A stretch of DNA of 18,356 nt from Treponemataceae bacterium. Its GTDB lineage: Bacteria; Spirochaetota; Spirochaetia; Treponematales; Rectinemataceae. Where the stretch lies: positions 1 through 18,356 of the forward strand of contig CAXXHO010000008.1 of NCBI GenBank assembly GCA_963667725.2. The letters are read 5' to 3'. Below are positions 1 to 7,680 of the stretch, in pieces; positions within the stretch are counted from its first letter, which is position 1; every line of letters begins with the position of its first letter. The notes beneath the pieces are model-generated. The model made no database searches and was not told the origin of the DNA. It saw nothing but the letters and a program-made list of their open reading frames with translations. Made by a program: the position numbers and the translations under genes.

Positions 1-965
1 CTGCCTCCCTCGATATCCCAGACTCCAGTCCGCCGCCACAGGCAGACTTCGTTTTCCTTCCAGGCGCGCAGGCCGGGACTGCCCAGCGGTTCCCGCCCGA
101 TGACCTTCAGTCCGAGCCCCCGCACGCCGATCCTGTCCACGTTGACGGGAAGGCCTTCGCCCGCGAGCATTGTTTCCCAGGGCGTCGGGGAGAGGCCGGG
201 CATCATGAAGCCCTGTCGCCTGACGCGCGCGTCGTCGATGCCGATGAATCCGGCGCCCGGTTCGTTCAGGCTGTCGATGCCGACCACATTAGGATATTTC
301 GCGAGCCTGAGCGCGATCTCGCGCATGGCGCCGATATAGCGTTCCTGGAGGAAGCGCTGGACGGACGTCCCTTCGATTTCGATGCCCGGGGCGAAATCGT
401 CGCCGCCGAAAAAGAGGGTGAACATCGTGGCGCATGCCAGACGAAGATGATTGGAGTACCACTGCATGCGAGGGTAATCTTTCCCCATTTCCTGGTGGAG
501 GAGGGCGGCTCCCGAAGCTTGGAAATTGCGTACCTCGAAACCACAGGCTTCGAGAGTCCACAGAGGCGCCCCGTCGCCTCCCGACCACCTGCTCCAGACA
601 TCCTGGTGAGGGTCGATGAAGAGGGAGATGTCGTGCCTCGCGGCGCTTTCGACGATCGTTTCCAGGTAATCGAGATAGGCTGTATCGTAGATTCCTGGTC
701 CGCCGTGCTCCACCCCCTCCCAGGTCACCAGGAAACGTTCGAAACGCTGTCCCCAGGCCGCGAGGCGGGCGAAATGCTCTTCGCTTTCGCCGGCGGGGAA
801 GGGGCGGCCGACGAAGGAAACCGCCGTGCCATCATAGAAACCTTCGACGAGATGGGTTCTCCCGTCGGGCGAAAACGGCAACTTGCTGCTGCCCCCAAGG
901 TTGACGCCGCGCAGTATTAGGCCGCGTCCCGAATCGTCGACGAAACGGCTTCCGCAGATTTTCAT
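1..965 (-). CDS. Glycoside hydrolase family 5, endoglycoceramidase-related (EGCrP / steryl-beta-glucosidase-like); partial, runs off the left edge
   Basis: Hand translation from ATG 965 (SD GGGAG 5 nt upstream): MKICGSRFVDDSGRGLILRGVNLGGSSKLP...SFVGRPFP...TWEGVEHGGPGIYD..YLDY...IDPHQDVWSRWSGGDGAP.W...RLACATMFTLFFGG..FAP...VVGIDSLNEP. It has the GH5 NEP acid/base motif and EGCrP-type blocks. The ORF track lacks it, presumably because the stop lies outside the window. Confidence 0.88.
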   Translation of the reverse strand, partial: MKICGSRFVDDSGRGLILRGVNLGGSSKLPFSPDGRTHLVEGFYDGTAVSFVGRPFPAGESEEHFARLAAWGQRFERFLVTWEGVEHGGPGIYDTAYLDYLETIVESAARHDISLFIDPHQDVWSRWSGGDGAPLWTLEACGFEVRNFQASGAALLHQEMGKDYPRMQWYSNHLRLACATMFTLFFGGDDFAPGIEIEGTSVQRFLQERYIGAMREIALRLAKYPNVVGIDSLNEPGAGFIGIDDARVRRQGFMMPGLSPTPWETMLAGEGLPVNVDRIGVRGLGLKVIGREPLGSPGLRAWKENEVCLWRRTGVWDIEGG

Positions 966-980
966 GATCACTCCCGCCTC

Positions 981-1009
981 ATTGTTGCGCGTTCTCATCC
1001 GTTTTGCAA
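981..1009 (-). promoter_or_regulatory. Putative sigma70 promoter of the GH5 gene
   Basis: Minus strand TTGCAA-17 nt-AACAAT, ending 16 nt upstream of the ATG. Confidence 0.35.
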
Positions 1010-1126
1010 TTGAAAACCTCCAGACTCCAGGCCACGCGTAATTGATATCCATCGGCAAGATCGCTTTGATTCAAGGCGGAATAATCGTATTTTATGATAT
1101 CGGCCATGGCCGGCCTAAGGATGCAT

Positions 1127-2815
1127 ATGATCAAACACAAGGACCTTTCCATCGTAATCTCGGGCGAGGCGGGACAAGGAATTCAGTCCATTGAATCCAT
1201 GATCACTATTTTCGCAAAAAAGGCTTTCTTCCATGTATTCGCCACGAAGGAATACATGTCCCGGGTGCGGGGAGGGTGCAACAGCACCAGCATACGCATA
1301 TCGCCGACGAGCGTCATGGCGGGCGTCGACCGGATCGACATCCTCGTGCCGCTGACGCCGGAAGCCATTCCCCACCTGAAGGACAGGATCGGCGATTCCA
1401 CCATCATTCTTGGAGAGAAAAGCCTGATAGGCGAAGATCGCATGATCGATCTTCCCTTTACGGCCATCGCCGTGGAGGCGGGCGGCGCGATCTATTCGAA
1501 TACCGTCGCGGTAGGCGCCCTCTGCGCCTTGCTGAAGATAGACCGTGCGGCCTGCGAGCCGGGCATAAGGGAATTTTTCGCGCAGAAGAGCGGCGATGTT
1601 CAGGCGGCGAACGTCGACGCCTTCAACCGCGGCTACGAGCGCGGCCTATCCTTGCGTCAGGACATCGCCATCGATATAGCCGCCGACCCTGACGTGGCCG
1701 GAAAAATAATGCTGACGGGCGCGGACGCCGTGGCCTTGGGCGCGATAGCCGGCGGCTGCAATTACGTCTGCGCCTACCCCATGTCCCCCGGCACGACGGT
1801 GTTCACGGCTCTAGCCGAATACTCAAAGCGTTTCGACATCATCGTCGAGCAAGTAGAGGATGAGATCGGCGTCGCGAACATGGCCCTGGGAGCCTGGTAC
1901 GCCGGAGCCCGCGCCCTGGTTTCCACCTCGGGCGGCGGTTTCGCCCTCATGAGCGAGGCGGTGAGCCTGTCGGGCGGGATTGAGACGCCTCTCGTCGTCC
2001 ATATCGGACAGAGGCCGGGACCGGCGACGGGCCTCCCCACCCGCACCGAGCAGGGCGATCTCAATCTCGCGATCCACGCGGGACACGGGGATTTCCTGAA
2101 AGTGCTGCTCGCTCCCGGGGATCTCGAGGAAGGCTTCGAGTTGAGCCGCGCGGCATTCGATATCGCCGACCGCTACCAATCGCCCGTATTCATATTGACC
2201 GATCAGTATTTCGTCGATTCGTACTACGCGACGCGGACATTCAAGGTTCCCGAGGCGCCGCTCGAGAATAAGGTGGTGGCGACTGCCGCCGATTATCGGC
2301 GCTACGTTCTCGGTTCCCCGGACGGCATCTCCCCCCGTGGAATCCCCGGCATGGGCGATGGAATCGTCTGCGTCGACAGCGACGAGCACGACGAAGGCGG
2401 CTACATCACGGAAAACAGGGAAATGCGCGTAGCCATGGTCGCCAAGCGCCTCGCCAAGATCGAGGCCGTCAAGAAGGACGCCATCCAGCCCACACTTTAC
2501 GGCGATGCCCGCTACAGCACGCTTCTCGTGGGCTGGGGGTCGGTAAAAATGACGATTATAGAAGCGTTGGCCGCTATCGATCAACCTGGAATCGCCTATC
2601 TTCATTTTCCCTGGGTGTACCCATTGCCAGAAAGCGCGGCCGGCTATATGGCTGCCGCATCCACCCGCGTCGCGGTGGAAGGCAACGCGACGGGGCAGTT
2701 CGCCGATCTCGTGGAATTCGAGACAGGCCTGCGCTTTGACCACAGGATCCTGAAGAGCGACGGTTACCAGTACACCGTCGAAGAACTAGCGGACAAGATC
2801 TCCGCGCTGCTGTAA
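1127..2815 (+). CDS. korA: 2-oxoacid:ferredoxin oxidoreductase alpha subunit (gamma-alpha fusion, KorA/OFOR type; substrate not determined)
   Basis: N-terminal GEAGQG and SRVRGG, YPMSP substrate loop, EDEI, TSGGGF.LM.E and QRPGPATGLPTRTEQGD. Start placed at ATG 1127 after SD AAGGA (ORF track start 1094). Confidence 0.9.
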   Translation: MIKHKDLSIVISGEAGQGIQSIESMITIFAKKAFFHVFATKEYMSRVRGGCNSTSIRISPTSVMAGVDRIDILVPLTPEAIPHLKDRIGDSTIILGEKSLIGEDRMIDLPFTAIAVEAGGAIYSNTVAVGALCALLKIDRAACEPGIREFFAQKSGDVQAANVDAFNRGYERGLSLRQDIAIDIAADPDVAGKIMLTGADAVALGAIAGGCNYVCAYPMSPGTTVFTALAEYSKRFDIIVEQVEDEIGVANMALGAWYAGARALVSTSGGGFALMSEAVSLSGGIETPLVVHIGQRPGPATGLPTRTEQGDLNLAIHAGHGDFLKVLLAPGDLEEGFELSRAAFDIADRYQSPVFILTDQYFVDSYYATRTFKVPEAPLENKVVATAADYRRYVLGSPDGISPRGIPGMGDGIVCVDSDEHDEGGYITENREMRVAMVAKRLAKIEAVKKDAIQPTLYGDARYSTLLVGWGSVKMTIIEALAAIDQPGIAYLHFPWVYPLPESAAGYMAAASTRVAVEGNATGQFADLVEFETGLRFDHRILKSDGYQYTVEELADKISALL

Positions 2816-2830
2816 GACCGGAGGATCGGA

Positions 2831-3694
2831 ATGACCGAAAATGTTTTTGACTTCAACAAGAAGATAGATATCGCCTGGTGCCCCGGCTGCGGGGATTTCG
2901 CGATCAGGAAGGCTCTCCTCTCGGCGCTCCAGGAACTAGGGCTCGAGAGAAAAAACCTCGTGATGGTGTCGGGCATAGGCCAGGCGGCCAAAATGCCCCA
3001 GTACATAAATTCCAGCTTTTTCAACGGACTCCATGGCCGCGCCCTACCGGTGGCCACGGCGATTAAGGCTGTGGCGCCCAACCTCACCGTGATAGCCGAA
3101 GGCGGCGACGGGGATATGTACGGGGAGGGAGGGAACCATTTCCTGCACGCGGCCCGTCGCAATCCTGACCTGACGCTCTTTGTCCACGAAAACATGGTGT
3201 ACGGCCTCACCAAGGGCCAGGCGGCGCCGACGAGCCGTCTGGGCATGCGAACGCCTGTCCAGGTGTCGGGCGTCATAAGCGAGCCGCTCAATCCTGTCGC
3301 CCTCGCGATCGCCATGAACGTGGGCTTCGTGGCGAGGACCTTTAGCGGGGATATAGAAGGCACCAAGGAGATTATGAAAAGAGCCATCCTCCACGAGGGA
3401 TTCGCCCTGGTGGACATTTTTCAGCCCTGCGTTTCGTTCAACAAGGGGAATGGTTTCCAATGGTTCAAGGACAACACCTACAAGCTCGAATCCGATTATA
3501 AAGCCGACGATCGCGCTCGCGCCTTCGCCCGCGCCCTCGAGGAAACGCCTTTCCCGCTCGGCGTGCTCTATGAGAGCGACCAACGTCGTCCGTTTGAGGA
3601 GCTACTGTTCCCCTATCGGGAGGACAAGACCCCGCTGCGGGAACGGAAACCGGATATGGAGCTTCTACGGACCGTGATTCGGGAAAAGGCGTGA
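2831..3694 (+). CDS. korB: 2-oxoacid:ferredoxin oxidoreductase beta subunit (TPP-binding)
   Basis: WCPGCG, LHGRA, GGDGD...N TPP motif, YGLTKGQ and QPCVSFN. SD GGAGGA; 15 nt after the alpha subunit. Confidence 0.9.
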   Translation: MTENVFDFNKKIDIAWCPGCGDFAIRKALLSALQELGLERKNLVMVSGIGQAAKMPQYINSSFFNGLHGRALPVATAIKAVAPNLTVIAEGGDGDMYGEGGNHFLHAARRNPDLTLFVHENMVYGLTKGQAAPTSRLGMRTPVQVSGVISEPLNPVALAIAMNVGFVARTFSGDIEGTKEIMKRAILHEGFALVDIFQPCVSFNKGNGFQWFKDNTYKLESDYKADDRARAFARALEETPFPLGVLYESDQRRPFEELLFPYREDKTPLRERKPDMELLRTVIREKA

Positions 3695-3704
3695 ATCGTT
3701 TCTT

Positions 3705-3727
3705 GACGGCTTGACCGTCCCTTTTTT
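3705..3727 (+). terminator. Possible intrinsic terminator of korAB
   Basis: GACGG-CTTGA-CCGTC hairpin followed by CCTTTTTT, 10 nt after the stop. The stem is short. Confidence 0.4.
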
Positions 3728-3773
3728 CGACGAGGCTTCTCTGATGTTCCCCAATGTTCCCCGATAACGCTCC

Positions 3774-4508
3774 CTACGGGTTTTTTCGGGCGTCGATCAG
3801 GCGGAGGAAATTGTCGGGGGCCGGGCTTTCGAACCTGATCACTTCCCTCGTGAAGGGCTGTTCCAGAACGAGAAGGTGGGCGTGAAGGCAAAGCCTGCCC
3901 AGAGGATCGCTACGGGCGCCGTATCGGGGGTCGCCGGCGACGGGATGTCCGGCCTCGGAAAGCTGGGCGCGGATCTGGTGCTTTCTGCCTGTTTCCAGGC
4001 TCAGAGACACGAGCGAATAACGCTGACCCGCGGCGAGCAGCCTCCAGTTCGTGATGGATCTCAGGGCGCCCGGACTGCCGGGCTGCGCCGCATAGACCTG
4101 GCCTGCGCGATTTTCCACGAGCCAGGTATCGAATACGCCGCTTTCGCCTTCCATCCTGCCTTCGATGACGGCCGTGTAGCCGCGTTCCTTCACGAGTTCA
4201 TTCCAATTGTCCATCAGTTTTTTCTTGGCCATGGCGTGCTTGGCGAAAACCATCACGCCCGAGGTGTCCCTGTCCAGTCGATGGACGACGGCGGCCCTGC
4301 CGCGAGGATTCCTGCGCTGGATATGGTCGGTGACGATGTCGTAAAGGGTTTTGGTCCTCGATCCTTCGGGGGCGATGACGGAGAGCCCCTCAGGTTTCTC
4401 GACGACGATGATGTCTTTGTCTTCGAATATGAACTCGATCCTGTGCCCCGATCTGCCTGGGCCGCGCGATTTGCCGGAATCATGTCGTCTCTGCTGCATG
4501 GAAGGCAT
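3774..4508 (-). CDS. RluA-family pseudouridine synthase (no S4 domain)
   Basis: KPEGL, catalytic VHRLDRDTSG, LETGRKHQIR, GHPVAGDPRYG and LCLHA. The true start may be ATG 4499 (leaderless, see findings). Confidence 0.92.
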   Translation of the reverse strand: MPSMQQRRHDSGKSRGPGRSGHRIEFIFEDKDIIVVEKPEGLSVIAPEGSRTKTLYDIVTDHIQRRNPRGRAAVVHRLDRDTSGVMVFAKHAMAKKKLMDNWNELVKERGYTAVIEGRMEGESGVFDTWLVENRAGQVYAAQPGSPGALRSITNWRLLAAGQRYSLVSLSLETGRKHQIRAQLSEAGHPVAGDPRYGARSDPLGRLCLHAHLLVLEQPFTREVIRFESPAPDNFLRLIDARKNP

Positions 4509-4605
4509 TTTACATCGGAAGGGGCCGATGGACTATAGCGCGAGGCCATGGAGGGCTCCGATCGCAGCTTAAGCTGCTGGATGAGAGGGCATTGGAAGGC
4601 CCCCG

Positions 4606-4634
4606 TTGCCGCGGGGCGGTTTCCCCGCTACTAT
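4606..4634 (+). promoter_or_regulatory. Putative sigma70 promoter of the cupin gene, with a palindromic spacer
   Basis: TTGCCG (4606-4611)-17 nt-TACTAT (4629-4634). The predicted TSS of about 4641 sits at SD AAGGAG. Confidence 0.5.
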
Positions 4635-4653
4635 GGGGCCAAGGAGTCAGACG

Positions 4654-5001
4654 ATGTTGATCCAACGTTCGGAGATGATACAAGAGACGAGAACACATAT
4701 GCGCGAGGGAAAGGGTTCCTGCACCATAACCCAGCTGGGCGGAGCCCAGCTCCAGAAACACTGCAGGGTCCTGTCGGAAATAGTCATACCGGTAGGGGCG
4801 AGCATCGGGTCGCATCCCCATGTCGCCGAAACCGAGTACTACATAATTCTCGAGGGCACCGCCCTCGTAGACGACGACGGAAAGCCTATCAACGTGAAGC
4901 CTGGCGACGTAGTGATCACGAGCGGCGGAGCCACGCACAGCATAGAGGCCACCGGCGACACCCCTCTCAGGATGATCGCCGTCATCGTCACGGACGCCTG
5001 A
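4654..5001 (+). CDS. Cupin-domain protein (metal-binding monocupin)
   Basis: GASIGSHPHVAETEYYIILEG and KPGDVV...GATHSIEATG cupin motifs (His, His, Glu, His). SD AAGGAG 7 nt before ATG 4654; the ORF track start at 4606 is too early. Confidence 0.85.
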   Translation: MLIQRSEMIQETRTHMREGKGSCTITQLGGAQLQKHCRVLSEIVIPVGASIGSHPHVAETEYYIILEGTALVDDDGKPINVKPGDVVITSGGATHSIEATGDTPLRMIAVIVTDA

Positions 5002-5779
5002 TAGCCTCCGCTCTGTTTCCAAACAATTCGTACATGCAGATTCCTCCGGCGACGACGACGTTGAGCGAGTCGATGCCGGGGGTCATGGGTATGTAGACTT
5101 CGCCGCGGCAGAGATTGATTATATCGGCGGGAAGGCCGTACCCTTCGTTGCCGACAACGAGGATGAAGGGGCGTTTCGGGGCGTATTCGCTCAAGGGAAG
5201 GGCGGCGGGCGAAAGCGTGGCGGCGGCCAGATCGAAGCCGCCGTGGGCCAGGGAGGACAATCCGGCCGCGTCGCTGGCGTGGAGCGGGAGGGAAAGGGCG
5301 TTGCCCATCGAGGCGCGAAGGGCCTTGCGGTAATAGGGGTCGGCGCAGCCCGGACCCAGGATAACTCCTGCCGCTCCCAGTCCCGCGGCCGAGCGGATCA
5401 GGGCCCCCACATTCGAGGGATCGGTCACGTTCCAGAGGCAGAGGTAGGAACCCTCAGCCGTCCCTGACAGCCGGGGTTCGCCCTCACTCGCCGCGAAAGG
5501 CTTCAATTCAGGCCTTTTCGCTATGGCGATCGATCCGTGGTGGAAATGAAAGCCGGCAATCCTGCAGATTTCCGCGTGATCGACCCGCTTTACGGGAAAT
5601 TTTACTTCATGGGTCGCTAGCCAGTCCTCGTCGCTCCCCCCCGAACGGACAAGGCCCAGTATTTCAATGTTTCCGGCGATCGCTTTTTCGATGACGATAC
5701 GTCCCTCGAGGACCATGAGGCCCGTCCGCGAAACATCCTTGTCCTTGAGGTCAGAAAACTGGCTGAAATCGAATTCCAT
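4988..5779 (-). CDS. TrmH/SpoU-family RNA 2'-O-methyltransferase
   Basis: SPOUT motifs DPSNVGALIRSA, RASMG, VVGNEGYGL and IPM...DSLNVVVAGGI. Its stop overlaps the convergent cupin gene by 14 nt. Confidence 0.92.
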   Translation of the reverse strand: MEFDFSQFSDLKDKDVSRTGLMVLEGRIVIEKAIAGNIEILGLVRSGGSDEDWLATHEVKFPVKRVDHAEICRIAGFHFHHGSIAIAKRPELKPFAASEGEPRLSGTAEGSYLCLWNVTDPSNVGALIRSAAGLGAAGVILGPGCADPYYRKALRASMGNALSLPLHASDAAGLSSLAHGGFDLAAATLSPAALPLSEYAPKRPFILVVGNEGYGLPADIINLCRGEVYIPMTPGIDSLNVVVAGGICMYELFGNRAEAIRRP

Positions 5780-5981
5780 ATCGGCAGTATACAGTAATAC
5801 TCCCTTTTCCTGCGAGTGCGATAAAGCCAGTTGATAACATCGATGGGTATCTTCTTCCCGTAAGGCTTAAGGCAGGATGTAACAATTTTTCCCATGCAGT
5901 GACCGTTTTCTTAAAAATAACGTTTTCAAATCTGGTAAGTAAATGTGAATATTCCATAAAAGATCATATGAGATAATAACA

Positions 5982-6010
5982 TATTATATATATTAATTAT
6001 TATATATATT
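5982..6010. repeat. Pure A/T tract with a 13-bp direct repeat (TATTATATATATT x2, 16-bp period)
   Basis: 5982-5994 and 5998-6010 are identical and abut the sigma54 -24 element, in an otherwise GC-rich window. Confidence 0.75.
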
Positions 6011-6026
6011 TGGCACGGCGTTTGCA
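6011..6026 (+). promoter_or_regulatory. Sigma54 (RpoN) -24/-12 promoter
   Basis: TGGCAC-GGCGT-TTGCA is an exact match to the TGGCAC-N5-TTGCW consensus. It ends 83 nt upstream of ATG 6110 and is preceded by an AT-rich tract. Confidence 0.88.
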
Positions 6027-6109
6027 TTGTTCGTGGGTAATGCTCTCTCAGTCCCTTAAGCTGCGAAAAAAGGGCAAATTTACGACATTTCGATCAGGAG
6101 GATTCATCG

Positions 6110-7567
6110 ATGGCAAAAAGGCTCTCACGCATACAGTATCTGCGGAGAATTTCGCTGGGGATTTTTTTGGCGGGGGTCACCGTCCTCTCCATTCTTCATC
6201 AGAACCTGCAGAATATGCCCTCTATCGACTCCCTCGATCCTTTTGGCGGTATTGAAACCCTTTTCAAGTATCTCGCGGGGGGAGAACTAATCAAGAAGAT
6301 AATGCCGGCGAACATTGTGCTTCTGATCGCGATCGTCGTGCTGGGAATCGTGCTCTCGCGCTTCTTCTGTGGCTGGATCTGCGCCTTCGGCGCTCTGCAG
6401 GGAGCCTTCGGCTGGCTCGGCAAGAAAATCTTTAAGCGCCGTTTTGTCGTGCCTGCGAAGCTCGACAGGATCCTGAGATGGGTCAAGTATCCTGTCCTGG
6501 CAGGCATCATCTATTTTACCTGGACGACAGGCACGCTGATCATCAGGCCCTACGATCCCTTGGCCGCCTACGGGCATCTCTCCGCGGGGCTGGCCGCGGT
6601 ATGGGCGGAATTCGCCGTCGGCTTTATCCTCCTCATCCTCACGCTCGCGCTCTCAATGCTCTACGAAAGGGCATTCTGCAAGTACGTCTGTCCCATGGGA
6701 GCCGTCAATGCCATTCTGGGAAGAATTTCTCTCTTCAGGATAAAGCGCGAATCGAAGACCTGCATATCCTGTTCAAAATGCGATGCCGTATGCCCAATGA
6801 ACATCGATGTGTCGGGTGCCGATACGATTTCCTCCCCCGAGTGCATAGGCTGCCTGGAATGCGTGACGGCATGCCCGACAAAGAAGGCCACCCTTGTGAC
6901 GACGCTTGCCGGCAAGGTCTGGAAATCCTGGAAAATCGTGGCGCTTGGCCTGGCAATCTACCTCGGCGCCATGGGGATTGGAGCTCTACTTGGCGAGCTG
7001 GACTTTATCGGTCCAAGCCTAACCTCACTAGCTCAATCCGGTTCCCTGGCGGTTGAGGACATCAAGGGTTCTTCTACATGGGCGATGGTGGCCGATTCCT
7101 TCGGCATAGAGCTCGAACGGCTTTACCGCGAGGCAGGCGTCGATGGGACTAAAGTCCCGGCGGACACCAAGCTGAAGGATACTGGCCCTCTCATAGGCGC
7201 CGATTTCGAGGCGGATACGGTCAGGATTGCCGTCGCCAAGATTATCGGAGTGCCCTATGCCGGTGAAGACGGCTCGCTGGCCGTTCCTGTTGCGCCAGCG
7301 GCCGCTCCCGCTACGGCAGCCCCGGCTCCTGTCGCCCCGGCGGCCCCAAGCGCGCCTGCGTCCTCCTTGCTCGTTGTTCCAGCGGATTTTGTCCTCGAAG
7401 GCACGATGACCATCAGGGACGTCGCGACTGCTTTGAACGCGACCGATGCCGCCGTCATCGCGAAACTTGGGCTTTCCGCGGACATCGCCGTGGACAAGCC
7501 TCTGCGCGACATGAAGGACCAGTTCGGGTACACGATGCCGGACTTGAAGGAAAAATTCGCGCAGTGA
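6110..7567 (+). CDS. NapH/MauN-type membrane 4Fe-4S polyferredoxin with a C-terminal tandem small domain and Ala/Pro linker
   Basis: Several hydrophobic helices; FFCGWICAFG and FCKYVCPMG (CX3C[P]) motifs; two ferredoxin motifs, CISCSKCDAVCP and CIGCLECVTACP. SD AGGAGG. Confidence 0.85.
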   Translation: MAKRLSRIQYLRRISLGIFLAGVTVLSILHQNLQNMPSIDSLDPFGGIETLFKYLAGGELIKKIMPANIVLLIAIVVLGIVLSRFFCGWICAFGALQGAFGWLGKKIFKRRFVVPAKLDRILRWVKYPVLAGIIYFTWTTGTLIIRPYDPLAAYGHLSAGLAAVWAEFAVGFILLILTLALSMLYERAFCKYVCPMGAVNAILGRISLFRIKRESKTCISCSKCDAVCPMNIDVSGADTISSPECIGCLECVTACPTKKATLVTTLAGKVWKSWKIVALGLAIYLGAMGIGALLGELDFIGPSLTSLAQSGSLAVEDIKGSSTWAMVADSFGIELERLYREAGVDGTKVPADTKLKDTGPLIGADFEADTVRIAVAKIIGVPYAGEDGSLAVPVAPAAAPATAAPAPVAPAAPSAPASSLLVVPADFVLEGTMTIRDVATALNATDAAVIAKLGLSADIAVDKPLRDMKDQFGYTMPDLKEKFAQ

Positions 7568-7590
7568 TGATTGACTGGTATTGATGGCAT

Positions 7591-7624
7591 AGGAAGGCCC
7601 GCCGGGCGACCGGCGGGCCTTCCT
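7591..7624. terminator. Strong hairpin between convergent genes, probably a bidirectional terminator
   Basis: Perfect 15-bp inverted repeat AGGAAGGCCCGCCGG-GCGA-CCGGCGGGCCTTCCT with a GNRA loop. There is no clean U-tract. Confidence 0.7.
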
Positions 7625-7680
7625 TGCATCGCGCAACTTCCATGTTTTGTACTTTTAAAAACACGCGTTTTGTCCCCTTC

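Noticed and set aside
100..920. Small track ORFs at the left end
   Set aside because: All are explained by the minus-strand GH5 gene, which occupies 1-965 in another frame.
3744..3762. ATGTTCCCC tandem repeat resembling the start of a type I-E CRISPR repeat
   Set aside because: Only two 9-bp copies with a 10-bp period, no spacers and no cas genes.
5831..5844. TTGATAACATCGAT as an FNR box
   Set aside because: The second half-site and spacing do not fit TTGAT-N4-ATCAA.
5943..5960. ATGTGAATATTCCATAAA as a Rex operator
   Set aside because: Only the left half matches TTGTGAA-N4-TTCACAA.
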